64,000 nt of DNA from Candidatus Uhrbacteria bacterium (lineage in GTDB: Bacteria; Patescibacteriota; Patescibacteriia; UBA9934; GWF2-40-263), in contig JAAZYG010000039.1 of assembly GCA_014239775.1 (NCBI GenBank), positions 6,134-70,133 on the forward strand. The letters are read 5' to 3'. The translations under genes were made by a program, and so were the position numbers. Below the pieces are notes generated by a model, which was not told the DNA's origin, ran no database searches, and was given only the letters and a program-made list of their open reading frames with translations. Positions 50,980 through 60,849 of the stretch are shown here, piece by piece. The first letter of the stretch is position 1. Every line of letters starts with the position of its first letter.

Positions 50980-51558
50980 TCAAAAACCCATTGTTAAATT
51001 TATTATTGCTTTATCCTCTTTGTTTAGCTCAAAATTAACATCTATAGCCTTTCTGTTCCCCAACCTATCCTCATAAGCCAATGCTTTATACTTTAAACCA
51101 TACTCATATATATCTTTTGTTACTTTTACATCCTGCAAGCAATAATCTTTAATTTTTTGTATCTCTCCTTGCTTCCACCATTCAACAGCTTGTAAACCAT
51201 GCCCTGATTTACGTGTTCCTATTGATGCAGCGGCCACATCATCGAGTTTAAGTCTAAAACCTAGAAATTTATGTATTTCTTCCAAAATATCTAAATTTGT
51301 AAATTTTAAAAAATCACCACTATAGTAGTTGTTCATTACAGGTAGATCAAAACCCTTTGTATTATATCCAATGATTCTGTCAGACTTTTCAAGCCTTGGC
51401 CACAATGAATTTAGCTCATTCTCCTCAAACACCTCATAAGTTTTAGTTTCATAAAAATAGCATCCTATGACTGATATCTTTAATTTTGAATGTATGTAGC
51501 CACCAACCTCTTGAAAAGTATTTTGTGTTTCGATATCCAATACAACTTCTTTTGACAT
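50980..51558 (-). CDS. DEDDy-type 3'-5' exonuclease (DnaQ/RNase D-like fold)
   Basis: Exo I VLDIETQN, Exo II IIGYNTKGFDLPVM, Exo III YCLQDVKVTKDIY. Confidence 0.5.
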   Translation of the reverse strand: MSKEVVLDIETQNTFQEVGGYIHSKLKISVIGCYFYETKTYEVFEENELNSLWPRLEKSDRIIGYNTKGFDLPVMNNYYSGDFLKFTNLDILEEIHKFLGFRLKLDDVAAASIGTRKSGHGLQAVEWWKQGEIQKIKDYCLQDVKVTKDIYEYGLKYKALAYEDRLGNRKAIDVNFELNKEDKAIINLTMGF

Positions 51559-51604
51559 AGACGTAAATTATAACACAAATATATTTAAAATCTCTTTTGA
51601 GAAT

Positions 51605-52138
51605 TTATGGTATTTGATATAAATATATTATATCATCACAAATGATATCTTTTTTTATAAATGTGAGTTTTTTAAATTGAAATACCCTAGAAACAACCCT
51701 TGTACCACTTGAGTAATTTTGAATTAATAGTGGTTCTAGTTTAGCATTTACAGAATCAAATAAGTACACAGCAATTACGTCAGCATATGGATGATGTGTT
51801 TTAAACATGTCTCCACAAATAAAAACAATACGATCATTGCGTCGTATTATTTTTTTTATATATGACATTACTACCAACAGAAATCTAGCCTCTATTCCAA
51901 TACCATGTGCTCTAAATTTTGTTGTTGCACAAAACAATAACGAACCAGTCCCTGAACCAAAATCCACAACTGTTTCTCCTGGCCTTACATTTGCAATCTC
52001 ACACATTTTTTCAGCAATTTTGTTTGATGTACGCACCCACGGAACACCAACAATTCCCATAACAATATAATACAAAATTGTCAGTAGTGAAATTATCATC
52101 AACCCTATTGCAATAAACGCAAACCAAACAGACAACAT
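51605..52138 (-). CDS. membrane-anchored small class I SAM-dependent methyltransferase (paralog B)
   Basis: N-terminal TM, motif I VVDFGSGTGSL; colinear similarity to 45292..45819. Confidence 0.55.
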   Translation of the reverse strand: MLSVWFAFIAIGLMIISLLTILYYIVMGIVGVPWVRTSNKIAEKMCEIANVRPGETVVDFGSGTGSLLFCATTKFRAHGIGIEARFLLVVMSYIKKIIRRNDRIVFICGDMFKTHHPYADVIAVYLFDSVNAKLEPLLIQNYSSGTRVVSRVFQFKKLTFIKKDIICDDIIYLYQIP

Positions 52139-52143
52139 ACTAG

Positions 52144-53187
52144 CTATTCAGCAAATGCGCTCTTTGCCACATTCCACAAACGATCATCACCGTTCTCCTT
52201 TAGTAAATACCACCATTCTGCGCCCCAAAGATATGCTTCTGATAATCTTGCTTTTCTAGCAAAATCTAAATTATTCTCAAACTTCTCCACATCAAATGCA
52301 TCATACCACTCAAGTATTGGTCTGTTCTCAATAGGTTCAGGGAACCACGGCTCAGCTTGCAATTCAGAAACTATTACACGAGACACATAATCCTTAACTA
52401 ATTGAGCTCTTAAATAATAAAACTCTGGTGATATTGGGTACATAAAATGACCAAAAAAATCATTCCAGGTTTGCCTATACATTGAAAGACCAAGTATATC
52501 GGCTTGTTTTGCCGCATCTTTCCACGGTCCCAATTCACCGCTAACAGTAACTTGTATTGGCTTGTTATCAAGTTCTCGTACAATCGACACTCTTTCATTG
52601 AACTGTTCCATTGTTACCTGTTCTTCACATTCACCAAAAGGAAAGAATGGTTCATTTTCTACTTGCCATCTGTCTACAGAAACTGAGTTACGATACCTCT
52701 TTACTGTTTCTCCTATAAAATTCATTGTATGTTTGTGCTGCTCTTCTGAGTTGAATTTTTTAACCCAATCTGGCACAAAACACTCTGGCCATCTTGGTAC
52801 TTTTGCACCAACTACCATTGTTAAATTAACATCATTTTTATTAGATTGGTCCACCAACCAATCATATGTCGACCAATCGTAAATTCCTTCTTCTGTTTCT
52901 ACCTCAGACCAATAAACTGGAAGTCGCACATATTTTACATTCAAATCATCGAGTAGAGTTTTGTAAACTTTTTTATCATCTAATCCCAATCCTTTACTGT
53001 AAACTGTTGAGAAAGTAATACCGTATTTTGTTTTTACATCTTCAGGTATGTCACTTAGCCACATGTTTGCATATACAAACACAAAACTTGTTGCAATGAG
53101 TAGCAACACAAATGCCCATATGTGTGAATGTTTTTTATGAAGTGACATTAAATTTCCTCTCGTTTTTCTCTTAAAAATCCTAACCAA
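52144..53187 (-). CDS. secreted glycoside hydrolase-like TIM-barrel protein (clan GH-A-like)
   Basis: N-terminal TM/signal; RLPVYWSEVE...GIYDW and WQVENEP (acid/base-like NEP motif), later SELQAEPW. Confidence 0.45.
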   Translation of the reverse strand: MVRIFKRKTRGNLMSLHKKHSHIWAFVLLLIATSFVFVYANMWLSDIPEDVKTKYGITFSTVYSKGLGLDDKKVYKTLLDDLNVKYVRLPVYWSEVETEEGIYDWSTYDWLVDQSNKNDVNLTMVVGAKVPRWPECFVPDWVKKFNSEEQHKHTMNFIGETVKRYRNSVSVDRWQVENEPFFPFGECEEQVTMEQFNERVSIVRELDNKPIQVTVSGELGPWKDAAKQADILGLSMYRQTWNDFFGHFMYPISPEFYYLRAQLVKDYVSRVIVSELQAEPWFPEPIENRPILEWYDAFDVEKFENNLDFARKARLSEAYLWGAEWWYLLKENGDDRLWNVAKSAFAE

Positions 53188-54743
53188 CTTTCTATTATAT
53201 CAATCGCCGCCTTAAATGGTGCCTCGATTATAAAATCGAAGAAAAATAAAAATATATTTACTCTAGGTGCCCTCATTGCAACCCATCTACCAGCTCTTAC
53301 TATTGGTAAGAATAACACATCTGCTAAAACTCCGAGAAATCCAGTTGTTGGATCAAAGACCATTAATTCTCTTCTTGTGTTCCTGATTCTTAAACCAAAG
53401 TATGCAACTAATGACAAGAAGAATATAAAAAAGAATGTTGATAAAGCATTAAAACCAAAAGATCCTAGACTGTTTGATATAAATAATACAACACCTGCAA
53501 ACACACCTACATACAATAAATTAAAAACCATCCATAAGGGACCTTTTACCCAAGGACGTTTTCTCTTAAATATAAGTGAAAAATCATCTCTCAATCCCAA
53601 CAATGAATGAATCTCCTCTGTAATTTTTGATGTGTTCTGACTTTTAGGTATACGCACACTTAACCCTACAACAGCTAAAAGTAATGGTGGAAAAAATACA
53701 TTTATTGCTAAAGGTAAGTACTCAACTGTTTGTAATACAAAAACCTCATATGGATATTCTACCAGAAATACAAGAATACTTTTTGTTAACAATAAAAAAA
53801 CCATTGCACGAACTACGGTTCGCATTATTTTAGTTCTGAACAGTGAATATTTTTCGTTTGTTGCGGCACTAATAGCTGAATCAAGCACTGATGTATCTTT
53901 ACTGTTAACAGCCTGAGTAAATGCCTCCGGATTATCTTGTGCTATTTCAGACAAGATTCTAAACACAACAGCATGACGTCTCACAAACCTAAACACCGCA
54001 TCTTGAGACTTGTGTCCTATCTGTTCTTCTACTGAAGCTATAACTTTTTTTAGATTTAGAGCTATTTCGTTTACTACATCATCTTTTGAGTTTGCTGTTC
54101 TCCATTTTGGATAATATAAGGTCAACATTCTATATCTAAGGGTTGCTATATTAGATTTTAAAACTGCCCTATGTACTGCAATATACATCTGTAAATCCTG
54201 ATCAGCCTCATCCACCACCTTCGTACGCCACTCAGTACGTTTTTTTAATTCCTGATATGCATAACTGGCCAGTGCCTCATCTATACAAGGTGGTCCTAAT
54301 ACATACTCTATTTCTGTAGAAAGCACATCAAGCAGCCACTTGTAGTTATCATGACTCTCTTTTACATCTTCATGTAATCCTCCAAACATTCTTTTGTATT
54401 TTTGTAAAATATCAGCAACCTTATCCACCATTTCTGAAGGTACTTTGTTATTTTCTAAATAACGAGCCCATATCAATTCCTTTATTAACTTTGCTGATAA
54501 TTTCTTTGCATCAGTTTCTGCAAGACGTCTTTTTAGGATTCTTCTAATAGCATTGCGCCTTAAAAGATGCTCTTCATCATATTCGAGAGTATTTCTTATT
54601 GTCTCATAAACAGAAGCTGCTGCTGAAACCGTCTCTGAAACATTTATTACATCTTCATTTTTTTCCTCGCTCACCTTTTCGTTACGCATCGATACTATCG
54701 TACTCAAAAGATGCTGAAGAGCTTTATCCATAATATTAAACAA
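53148..54743 (-). CDS. hypothetical protein with soluble N-terminal half and about 5 C-terminal TM helices (531 aa)
   Basis: ORF overlapped 8 nt by upstream GT gene and 40 nt with downstream gene; no motif. Confidence 0.45.
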   Translation of the reverse strand: MFNIMDKALQHLLSTIVSMRNEKVSEEKNEDVINVSETVSAAASVYETIRNTLEYDEEHLLRRNAIRRILKRRLAETDAKKLSAKLIKELIWARYLENNKVPSEMVDKVADILQKYKRMFGGLHEDVKESHDNYKWLLDVLSTEIEYVLGPPCIDEALASYAYQELKKRTEWRTKVVDEADQDLQMYIAVHRAVLKSNIATLRYRMLTLYYPKWRTANSKDDVVNEIALNLKKVIASVEEQIGHKSQDAVFRFVRRHAVVFRILSEIAQDNPEAFTQAVNSKDTSVLDSAISAATNEKYSLFRTKIMRTVVRAMVFLLLTKSILVFLVEYPYEVFVLQTVEYLPLAINVFFPPLLLAVVGLSVRIPKSQNTSKITEEIHSLLGLRDDFSLIFKRKRPWVKGPLWMVFNLLYVGVFAGVVLFISNSLGSFGFNALSTFFFIFFLSLVAYFGLRIRNTRRELMVFDPTTGFLGVLADVLFLPIVRAGRWVAMRAPRVNIFLFFFDFIIEAPFKAAIDIIESWLGFLREKREEI

Positions 54744-56088
54744 TTAACGGCAGGGGTTCTACTTCGCTTTTACGCCCCAAAACAAGATCCTCTATTCTGT
54801 ATGTGCCGTGTGTTGGTGCTTCTATATAACCATTCCAGGCCATTCTTGCAACCCCCCCAGACTGAATCCAGTCAAAAAGCCATTCATCAGTGTATAACGC
54901 ATCGTTTTGTGGCACTCCTCCACCAACGTACTGTAACCATATACGGTTAAAATCCTCCTGTGAACCAATTGGAGGTGCCATAACAACAGCAATTCCCAAA
55001 CCTGTGTAAAACGATAATTCACTTGGTTTTGTCCATAATATATCTGTTGTTTTTAATATCTCATTAAATCCTGAAAAATAGTCCGCTCGTGAATTAAACT
55101 CTGGAACAACAACCCATTTGCCCAATTCTTTTTTTAGTCCAGCTTCCTTAACAGCATTTCTATAATATTTTACAGCGTCTTTTCTAACACCAGCAATTAA
55201 ATTTAATCTTATTTTATGTTGACCTATCTTAGATTTTAAACTTTTTAAAATTTTAACTCCCAAAGCACGCTGTGCACCTGCACCACCAACAGTATATGTA
55301 AGTGTTAATGGATGGGATGCTTTTCCTACAGCACACCTTTTTGCACCCAATTCAGTTTTTAATGTTTTTTTATACCGATCCATAAAAATACCGTTTGGAT
55401 CTAAGTTGCAAATTCTATTTATTAATAAATCCTTTAACACACCTGAGTTTACTCCACCAATCAATTCTTTTGGCAAAGGAAAACCTGTTAAATAAATATT
55501 CTCATCTCTAACTCCATATAATTTCAATCGCTCTGCACACCTTCCATTTGCAGCAAGATACTTTATTCTGCTCTTGTGTGGATTTAGCGGTGCCCATGCC
55601 CTTGAAATATCCGCATCTGTTGTAACTAACCATATGTCACCTGGATAATTAAAGTAATCTGCGAAAAAGGCTGGAATAAAAAATGTTGTAACAAAGGGAA
55701 TGGGATTTTCACTTAGCTTTTCTATCAAGTGCTTTCCTAGATTTTTCTTAATAATTAATCGATATATTTGTTTTAATTGCATGTTTGGTTTAGACAAATC
55801 TCTTTTTGGATAAAACTTTGCAATCTGCTGAAAACGATCCATTGCTTCAAACATAAAATCACCCAATACAGGAATTGGTTTCATCCTTGAAATTGTTTCA
55901 TATATCTCCCTACTTTCTTTCCATGTTTCTCTATCTTCTTTTGGAATTCCTTCATAATCATTTGCAGACAAAACTTCTCCAGAAAATAGATCTTTTAATG
56001 CATAAGCTGCTCGACTGTGTCCATAGCCCATATTTACATCTACAACCCAAGCCTGCTTTTTTTTATTAGATACGTGTGTATGTTTCAT
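54736..56088 (-). CDS. GT-B fold glycosyltransferase (MGDG synthase / MurG-like, GT28-like)
   Basis: N-terminal VVDVNMGYGHSRAAYAL (GGGH-like), C-terminal MAPPIGSQEDFN resembling GT28 C-terminal motif. Confidence 0.45.
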   Translation of the reverse strand: MKHTHVSNKKKQAWVVDVNMGYGHSRAAYALKDLFSGEVLSANDYEGIPKEDRETWKESREIYETISRMKPIPVLGDFMFEAMDRFQQIAKFYPKRDLSKPNMQLKQIYRLIIKKNLGKHLIEKLSENPIPFVTTFFIPAFFADYFNYPGDIWLVTTDADISRAWAPLNPHKSRIKYLAANGRCAERLKLYGVRDENIYLTGFPLPKELIGGVNSGVLKDLLINRICNLDPNGIFMDRYKKTLKTELGAKRCAVGKASHPLTLTYTVGGAGAQRALGVKILKSLKSKIGQHKIRLNLIAGVRKDAVKYYRNAVKEAGLKKELGKWVVVPEFNSRADYFSGFNEILKTTDILWTKPSELSFYTGLGIAVVMAPPIGSQEDFNRIWLQYVGGGVPQNDALYTDEWLFDWIQSGGVARMAWNGYIEAPTHGTYRIEDLVLGRKSEVEPLPLIV

Positions 56089-56091
56089 ATA

Positions 56092-56832
56092 TTAAAAAAA
56101 TGTACGTTCTTCTGATTTTTGAATAATTTTATAAGCTTCTTTTGCGGTATCTACAACAGTAAACAACTTCATATCTTTTTTACTAATCGTTGCGTATTTT
56201 TTTATTTGTGTCTTGCTTGTCCATTCAAATAGAGATCCCCAAAAATCCTCTCCAACACAAATTACTGGAATTGGTTTCATTTTTTCAGTTTGTATAAGTG
56301 TGATTATTTCAAAAAATTCATCTAATGTACCAAAACCACCTGGGAAATATACATATGCTTGAGCTGATGCAGCAAGCATTACTTTTCTTGTAAAGAAATA
56401 ATGAAATCCACGTCCTCGTGTGGCATATTCGTTCATTCTTTGTTCAAAAGGTAGCTGTATATTAAGACCAATAGATGGTGCACCCACTTTTGTAGCTCCT
56501 TTATTTGCTCCTTCCATGATTCCAGGTCCACCCCCTGTTATTACAGTATAACCCCCTTTTCCAAGTAAAGCCCCTAATTTTTCTGCCTCTTTGTACCATT
56601 TTTCTTCTGGCTTAAATCTTGCAGATCCAAATATTGTTACTTCATTAGTTGATTCTGACAAAAACTGAAATCCTTCAACAAATTCAGACATGATTCTAAA
56701 AATTCTCCATGTTATCTCATGCATGTGTGTAGGTTCTGTTTTTTTATTTAATTCAGATGATGCTTGAGGCAAACGACACACTTCACCTTTTTTAAATTTA
56801 CTATTTTTCTTATTTATTTTTTTAACTGACAT
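56092..56832 (-). CDS. LOG-family protein (TIGR00730 Rossmann-fold nucleotide phosphoribohydrolase)
   Basis: VTIFGSAR, GGYTVITGGGPGIMEGANKGA, PGGFGTLDEFFE motifs. Confidence 0.8.
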   Translation of the reverse strand: MSVKKINKKNSKFKKGEVCRLPQASSELNKKTEPTHMHEITWRIFRIMSEFVEGFQFLSESTNEVTIFGSARFKPEEKWYKEAEKLGALLGKGGYTVITGGGPGIMEGANKGATKVGAPSIGLNIQLPFEQRMNEYATRGRGFHYFFTRKVMLAASAQAYVYFPGGFGTLDEFFEIITLIQTEKMKPIPVICVGEDFWGSLFEWTSKTQIKKYATISKKDMKLFTVVDTAKEAYKIIQKSEERTFF

Positions 56833-56852
56833 ATTTGATAGTCTAACATATT

Positions 56853-57383
56853 TTACACTAAATAACTGCGTAACTCTTTTTTATATTGTTGATAATCTGG
56901 ACAAAACTTAAGAACATTATTCCAAAATAATTTTGAATGATTCATATGGTCTATGTGTGCCAATTCATGTATTACGATATATTCACACAATTCTACTGGT
57001 AACAATGACAACTTATAGTTAAAGCTCAAACATCCTGACAATGAACAACTTCCCCATTGTGCTTTATATTTTTTAATTCTGATTGTTTTTATTTTATTGT
57101 AGTAATCTGGATACTTAGCCAATATCTTGTTTACTAATAACCTTGTATTTTCTTGCACAACCTCAAATGGAACACCTTGATGTGATAAGTGTGTCTTATT
57201 TTTATTACATTCTAGTTTTTTAACCCTTTTTTCTATGAGTTTTATATTCTCTCTAACAAAACTATCAATATGTTTTTGTGAAGGTGTATTTTTAATAGGA
57301 ACCACCAACTCACATCTTCCATCCCAATAAACAACTAAACTCATCCTCTGTGCTCTTTTACTTTTTCTCATTTTATACTCCAT
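56853..57383 (-). CDS. DUF45/YgjP-family zinc metallohydrolase
   Basis: HELAHIDHMNHSKLFW HExxH-type motif at C-terminus as in YgjP. Confidence 0.7.
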   Translation of the reverse strand: MEYKMRKSKRAQRMSLVVYWDGRCELVVPIKNTPSQKHIDSFVRENIKLIEKRVKKLECNKNKTHLSHQGVPFEVVQENTRLLVNKILAKYPDYYNKIKTIRIKKYKAQWGSCSLSGCLSFNYKLSLLPVELCEYIVIHELAHIDHMNHSKLFWNNVLKFCPDYQQYKKELRSYLV

Positions 57384-57452
57384 AATAATTTATATTTTAA
57401 CATAAAAAAACCCGACAAAGTATGTCGAGTTTATATTTCTTGTAAACTTAGT

Positions 57453-57893
57453 TTAGTTTACAAAGTGATGTGCTGCGTCAACCATTCCACGACCAATAAG
57501 ACGCTGAAAGATTTTGTGACGTAGCTGAACACCATTAACGGAAACACTTCTTTTCCAAGGTAGCTTATATTTTTTGCCCACTTGGATTTTTGTAGAAAGA
57601 TTACTTGCAATTCGTTCAATCATTTGCTCAAAATGATCATGTTTATTACCGAGATCAACTCGCACAGTAGTTGCCAAACCAACCATCTGCAACATAAGAT
57701 CACAATTCAGACCATCTGATTCCATTTTGGAAACAGCACTGCTAAACAACATGAACATCATATGATCAGTATCCTGACCAGAATTAACCCCATTATAAAT
57801 CTGATCAATCCGATTTCGAAATCTAATATTGTTATCGGCTACCCCTTCTTGTTGATCAACTTCCTGAAGCATCAATTGACGCACACCCATCAC
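57453..57893 (-). CDS. hypothetical protein (146 aa), locally higher GC
   Basis: ORF only. Confidence 0.35.
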   Translation of the reverse strand: MMGVRQLMLQEVDQQEGVADNNIRFRNRIDQIYNGVNSGQDTDHMMFMLFSSAVSKMESDGLNCDLMLQMVGLATTVRVDLGNKHDHFEQMIERIASNLSTKIQVGKKYKLPWKRSVSVNGVQLRHKIFQRLIGRGMVDAAHHFVN

Positions 57894-58052
57894 ATCTCCT
57901 ATCGAGTATTGCCGACCAATTATTTGGCGACAATAAAGATACTATATAAACAGATATAAACTGTCAATAAATACACTACTATCACACATGATTGTAGCAC
58001 TAGACAAAAAACACTAATTCAGATACAATCCTGACGTTAATAATATAGAAAT

Positions 58053-58295
58053 ATGGCTAAAAGTTGCATTGTTACAGGAAAGAAAACCACAACAGGTTTT
58101 AACGTCTCTCACTCAAAACAAAAAACTAAGCGTAAATTAAAAGCAAATTTGCATAAAAAGCGCTTACTTAATCCAGCTACTGGTAAAATTGTTACGGTAA
58201 CAATTTCAAGTAGAGGACTGAGAACATTGAAAAAATGGGATAGAGAAGGTAAAACTTACAATCTTGCACAATTAAAGAAAAAAGTTGGGGTATAA
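58053..58295 (+). CDS. rpmB: 50S ribosomal protein L28
   Basis: MAKSCIVTGKKTTTGFNVSHSKQKTKRKLKANL is canonical for L28. Confidence 0.85.
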   Translation: MAKSCIVTGKKTTTGFNVSHSKQKTKRKLKANLHKKRLLNPATGKIVTVTISSRGLRTLKKWDREGKTYNLAQLKKKVGV

Positions 58296-58296
58296 A

Positions 58297-58327
58297 TAAA
58301 ACACGGTTTAACACCGTGTTTTATTAT
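58297..58327. terminator. bidirectional terminator between rpmB(+) and hflX(-)
   Basis: AAA-AACACGGT-ttaac-ACCGTGTT-TTATT. Confidence 0.6.
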
Positions 58328-59424
58328 TATAAATCTTCAATTTTTAATACAATCTTCTCTAAACCCTTTTTATTTAAGGCTGATATCCATACATGTTCTA
58401 CTTCTTCTAATCTTCTATTAATTTCATCACGTGTCAATTTAGATACTTGATCCATTTTATTTAATACCAGAAGCCGTGGTTTGCTCTTAACTTTTAGTTT
58501 GCCTAATATTGAATCTACAACCTTTAGGTTCTTGTAAAAATGAATATCTGATGCATCTGCAACATGTAAGAGCATGTCTGCATCTACCATTTCTGACAAT
58601 GTTGATGAAAATGCATTTATTAAGCTTGGAGGTAGTTCTTTTATAAACCCAATAGTATCTGAGACTAATATGGTTTCTTTTTTATTAGGAAGATATAAAT
58701 TACCAACCCTGGTATCTAGAGTTGCAAATAATTCATCTGCAACATACTCATCCCTACCAGTCATTGCATTTAGAAGAGTTGTTTTACCTGCATTTGTATA
58801 CCCAACAATTGATACAGTTTTAAGGTTCTTTCGCTTTCTTGAAATTCTCTGTAATTCTCTGCCTTTTTGGTACTTCTCTAGTTTCTTTTTAATCCTTCTT
58901 TCTTTTTCCTTTAAATGTCTTTTCATTCTTTCCACATTAGTCTCACCTATACCAACAGTGCCGATACCACCAGCCTGACGAGAAAGCTCCATTCCCATAC
59001 CAAATATTCTAGGTCCCATATGACGTACTGATGCGAGTTCTATTTCTAAACGAGCCTCTGTTGTTTTTGCATGCTTAGAAAATATCTTAAGTATTAAATC
59101 AATTCTGTCCCATACTTCAATTTTGTATTTTCGTAGAGATTCTGACACTTCGTAAATTTGTCTTGGTTTTAATTGTGCATTTATTATAACTAATGATGCA
59201 CCTAATTCTTTTCCTTCAATTCCAATCTCATCTACTTTACCTGTACCAATATATGTTCTTGGGTGTGGATGAAATCTTTTTTGCCATTTTTTTACCACAA
59301 CTAAACCACCATAAGTCTCAACAAGCTCCTTAAGTTCTACCATACGATCTAAAGCATGCTCAGATGTCATGCGAGGTTCAATTAAATCTATCAAGATTAT
59401 TTTTTGTTGCTTTAAATCGCTCAT
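58327..59424 (-). CDS. hflX: GTPase HflX
   Basis: HflX N-domain then G1 VSIVGYTNAGKTTLLN, DTIGF, NKMD. Confidence 0.85.
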   Translation of the reverse strand: MSDLKQQKIILIDLIEPRMTSEHALDRMVELKELVETYGGLVVVKKWQKRFHPHPRTYIGTGKVDEIGIEGKELGASLVIINAQLKPRQIYEVSESLRKYKIEVWDRIDLILKIFSKHAKTTEARLEIELASVRHMGPRIFGMGMELSRQAGGIGTVGIGETNVERMKRHLKEKERRIKKKLEKYQKGRELQRISRKRKNLKTVSIVGYTNAGKTTLLNAMTGRDEYVADELFATLDTRVGNLYLPNKKETILVSDTIGFIKELPPSLINAFSSTLSEMVDADMLLHVADASDIHFYKNLKVVDSILGKLKVKSKPRLLVLNKMDQVSKLTRDEINRRLEEVEHVWISALNKKGLEKIVLKIEDL

Positions 59425-59492
59425 AGCTTAATAATATTATAATTAAAAACCCGTCCAATAAGACGGGTTTTCCTTTCAATTTAATCTAATTC

Positions 59493-59774
59493 CTAAAGAA
59501 CAGCATCCTTTGCTGCTTTTGCAACACGGAATTTTACTACCGTCTTTGCTGGAATGCTGATTTGCTCACCAGTCATTGGATTTCGTCCCATGCGTGCTGC
59601 ACGGTCCTTTCTAACCAATTTACCTAAGCCTGGTAAAGGAAACTCACCATTTTGCACAACCTCTCTATAAGAAAGTTCTACGAACTTATCCCATAGCTCA
59701 GTTGCGTCTTTTTTAGAAAGTCCTGTCATTTCAGCCAATGTATTCATGAATTGGCTTTTCGTCATTTTTGCCAT
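59493..59774 (-). CDS. hup: DNA-binding protein HU
   Basis: 93 aa; GEFPLPGLGKL...RMGRNPMTGEQISIPAKTVVKFR arm motif. Confidence 0.85.
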   Translation of the reverse strand: MAKMTKSQFMNTLAEMTGLSKKDATELWDKFVELSYREVVQNGEFPLPGLGKLVRKDRAARMGRNPMTGEQISIPAKTVVKFRVAKAAKDAVL

Positions 59775-59837
59775 ATGTGTGGAAAACTTAATTTTTACTG
59801 GATTATCTTAACATAAGCTTTCTTTTTTGGGAATAAC

Positions 59838-60215
59838 CTACTTTACATCCGAAGCAAACCACTTATTTGCATCTTGCATGTCTTTTGCAACCATTGTTTC
59901 CATGATCTCTTCTCCTGGATAAGGAATAAGATCTCTCAACTTCTTAAATATCTCTACACGAAGATGTTTTCCTGCAAGCTCTTTATTTTCTCCAAGTAAA
60001 TGTACTTCCATTTTAAGATTGTGCCCAGTGCGACCATCATTTATACAAACAAGGGAAGGATATTTTTTTCCATCATAATTTGTCTCCCCTAGATATACTC
60101 CGAGAGCTGGAATTATAAGACCTTCTTCTATTGCAATGTTTGCTGTAGGACATCCTAGACCTGAGGCTATACCCTCACCTATTTCTACCCTACCGCAAAA
60201 CGTTAATGGTTGCAT
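59838..60215 (-). CDS. riboflavin kinase (stand-alone flavokinase domain)
   Basis: GEGIASGLGCPTANI and later HLL...G..LRVEI pattern of RibF C-terminal/RibR flavokinase domain. Confidence 0.65.
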   Translation of the reverse strand: MQPLTFCGRVEIGEGIASGLGCPTANIAIEEGLIIPALGVYLGETNYDGKKYPSLVCINDGRTGHNLKMEVHLLGENKELAGKHLRVEIFKKLRDLIPYPGEEIMETMVAKDMQDANKWFASDVK

Positions 60216-60285
60216 ACTAATTAAAATAATACTCCTAAATTCAAGTTATCAGAAACTCAAAATAATACAAGGAAAAAACTTTAAA

Positions 60286-60849
60286 CTAAGACTCTTTTAT
60301 AAATTCTAACGCCCTTTTAAACACTGGAACCATATCCTTGTAGCTAATTCTCTTTAAAACCTGTGAAGCAACAACCCACTGAACAGCCTTTACGTGTTGC
60401 TCTATATCAGCATAAAGCTTTGCATCTTTGTTGGTTTCAAATAAAAAATAATGTATATCTTTATGTATCAACGCACCAGACTTATTAAATCGATCATTAA
60501 ACCATATATCAATTTTACCAAGTGGCTCTAGTAGTCTTATCTCTTGAAGTCCCATCTCCTCCAATGTTTCTCTTGCTGCTGTCTCTTCTATTTCTTCACC
60601 TTTTTCTACATGACCTTTTGGGAACGTCCATTTATCATAGGAATCTTGTATCATAGCAAAATAATAACGCTTGCCTAACCGTTTAAACACAACACCCCCT
60701 GCAGACACTTCTTTAATAGTCTTTTTTGATGGTGTAGTTTTTTTATTTTTCTTCACTTTCGCCTGTGATTTCCTCTGATTTGTCTTCTGGTTCTTCGTAT
60801 GTACCGAGGATGATTGCGACTGCGGTGTCTTTTTGTGGATCTTTGCCAT
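60286..60849 (-). CDS. Nudix hydrolase with Lys-rich N-terminal extension (start uncertain; overlaps ctpA 3' end by 107 nt)
   Basis: Nudix box GHVEKGEEIEETAARETLEEMGL; only Met preceding the conserved beta-strand is the listed start. Confidence 0.65.
   Translation of the reverse strand: MAKIHKKTPQSQSSSVHTKNQKTNQRKSQAKVKKNKKTTPSKKTIKEVSAGGVVFKRLGKRYYFAMIQDSYDKWTFPKGHVEKGEEIEETAARETLEEMGLQEIRLLEPLGKIDIWFNDRFNKSGALIHKDIHYFLFETNKDAKLYADIEQHVKAVQWVVASQVLKRISYKDMVPVFKRALEFIKES

Noticed and set aside
57894-58052. Apparent palindrome TTGCCGACCAATTATTTGGCGACAA upstream of rpmB
   Set aside because: On checking, the arms are not complementary (TTGCCGAC vs TTGTCGCC); not a real inverted repeat.
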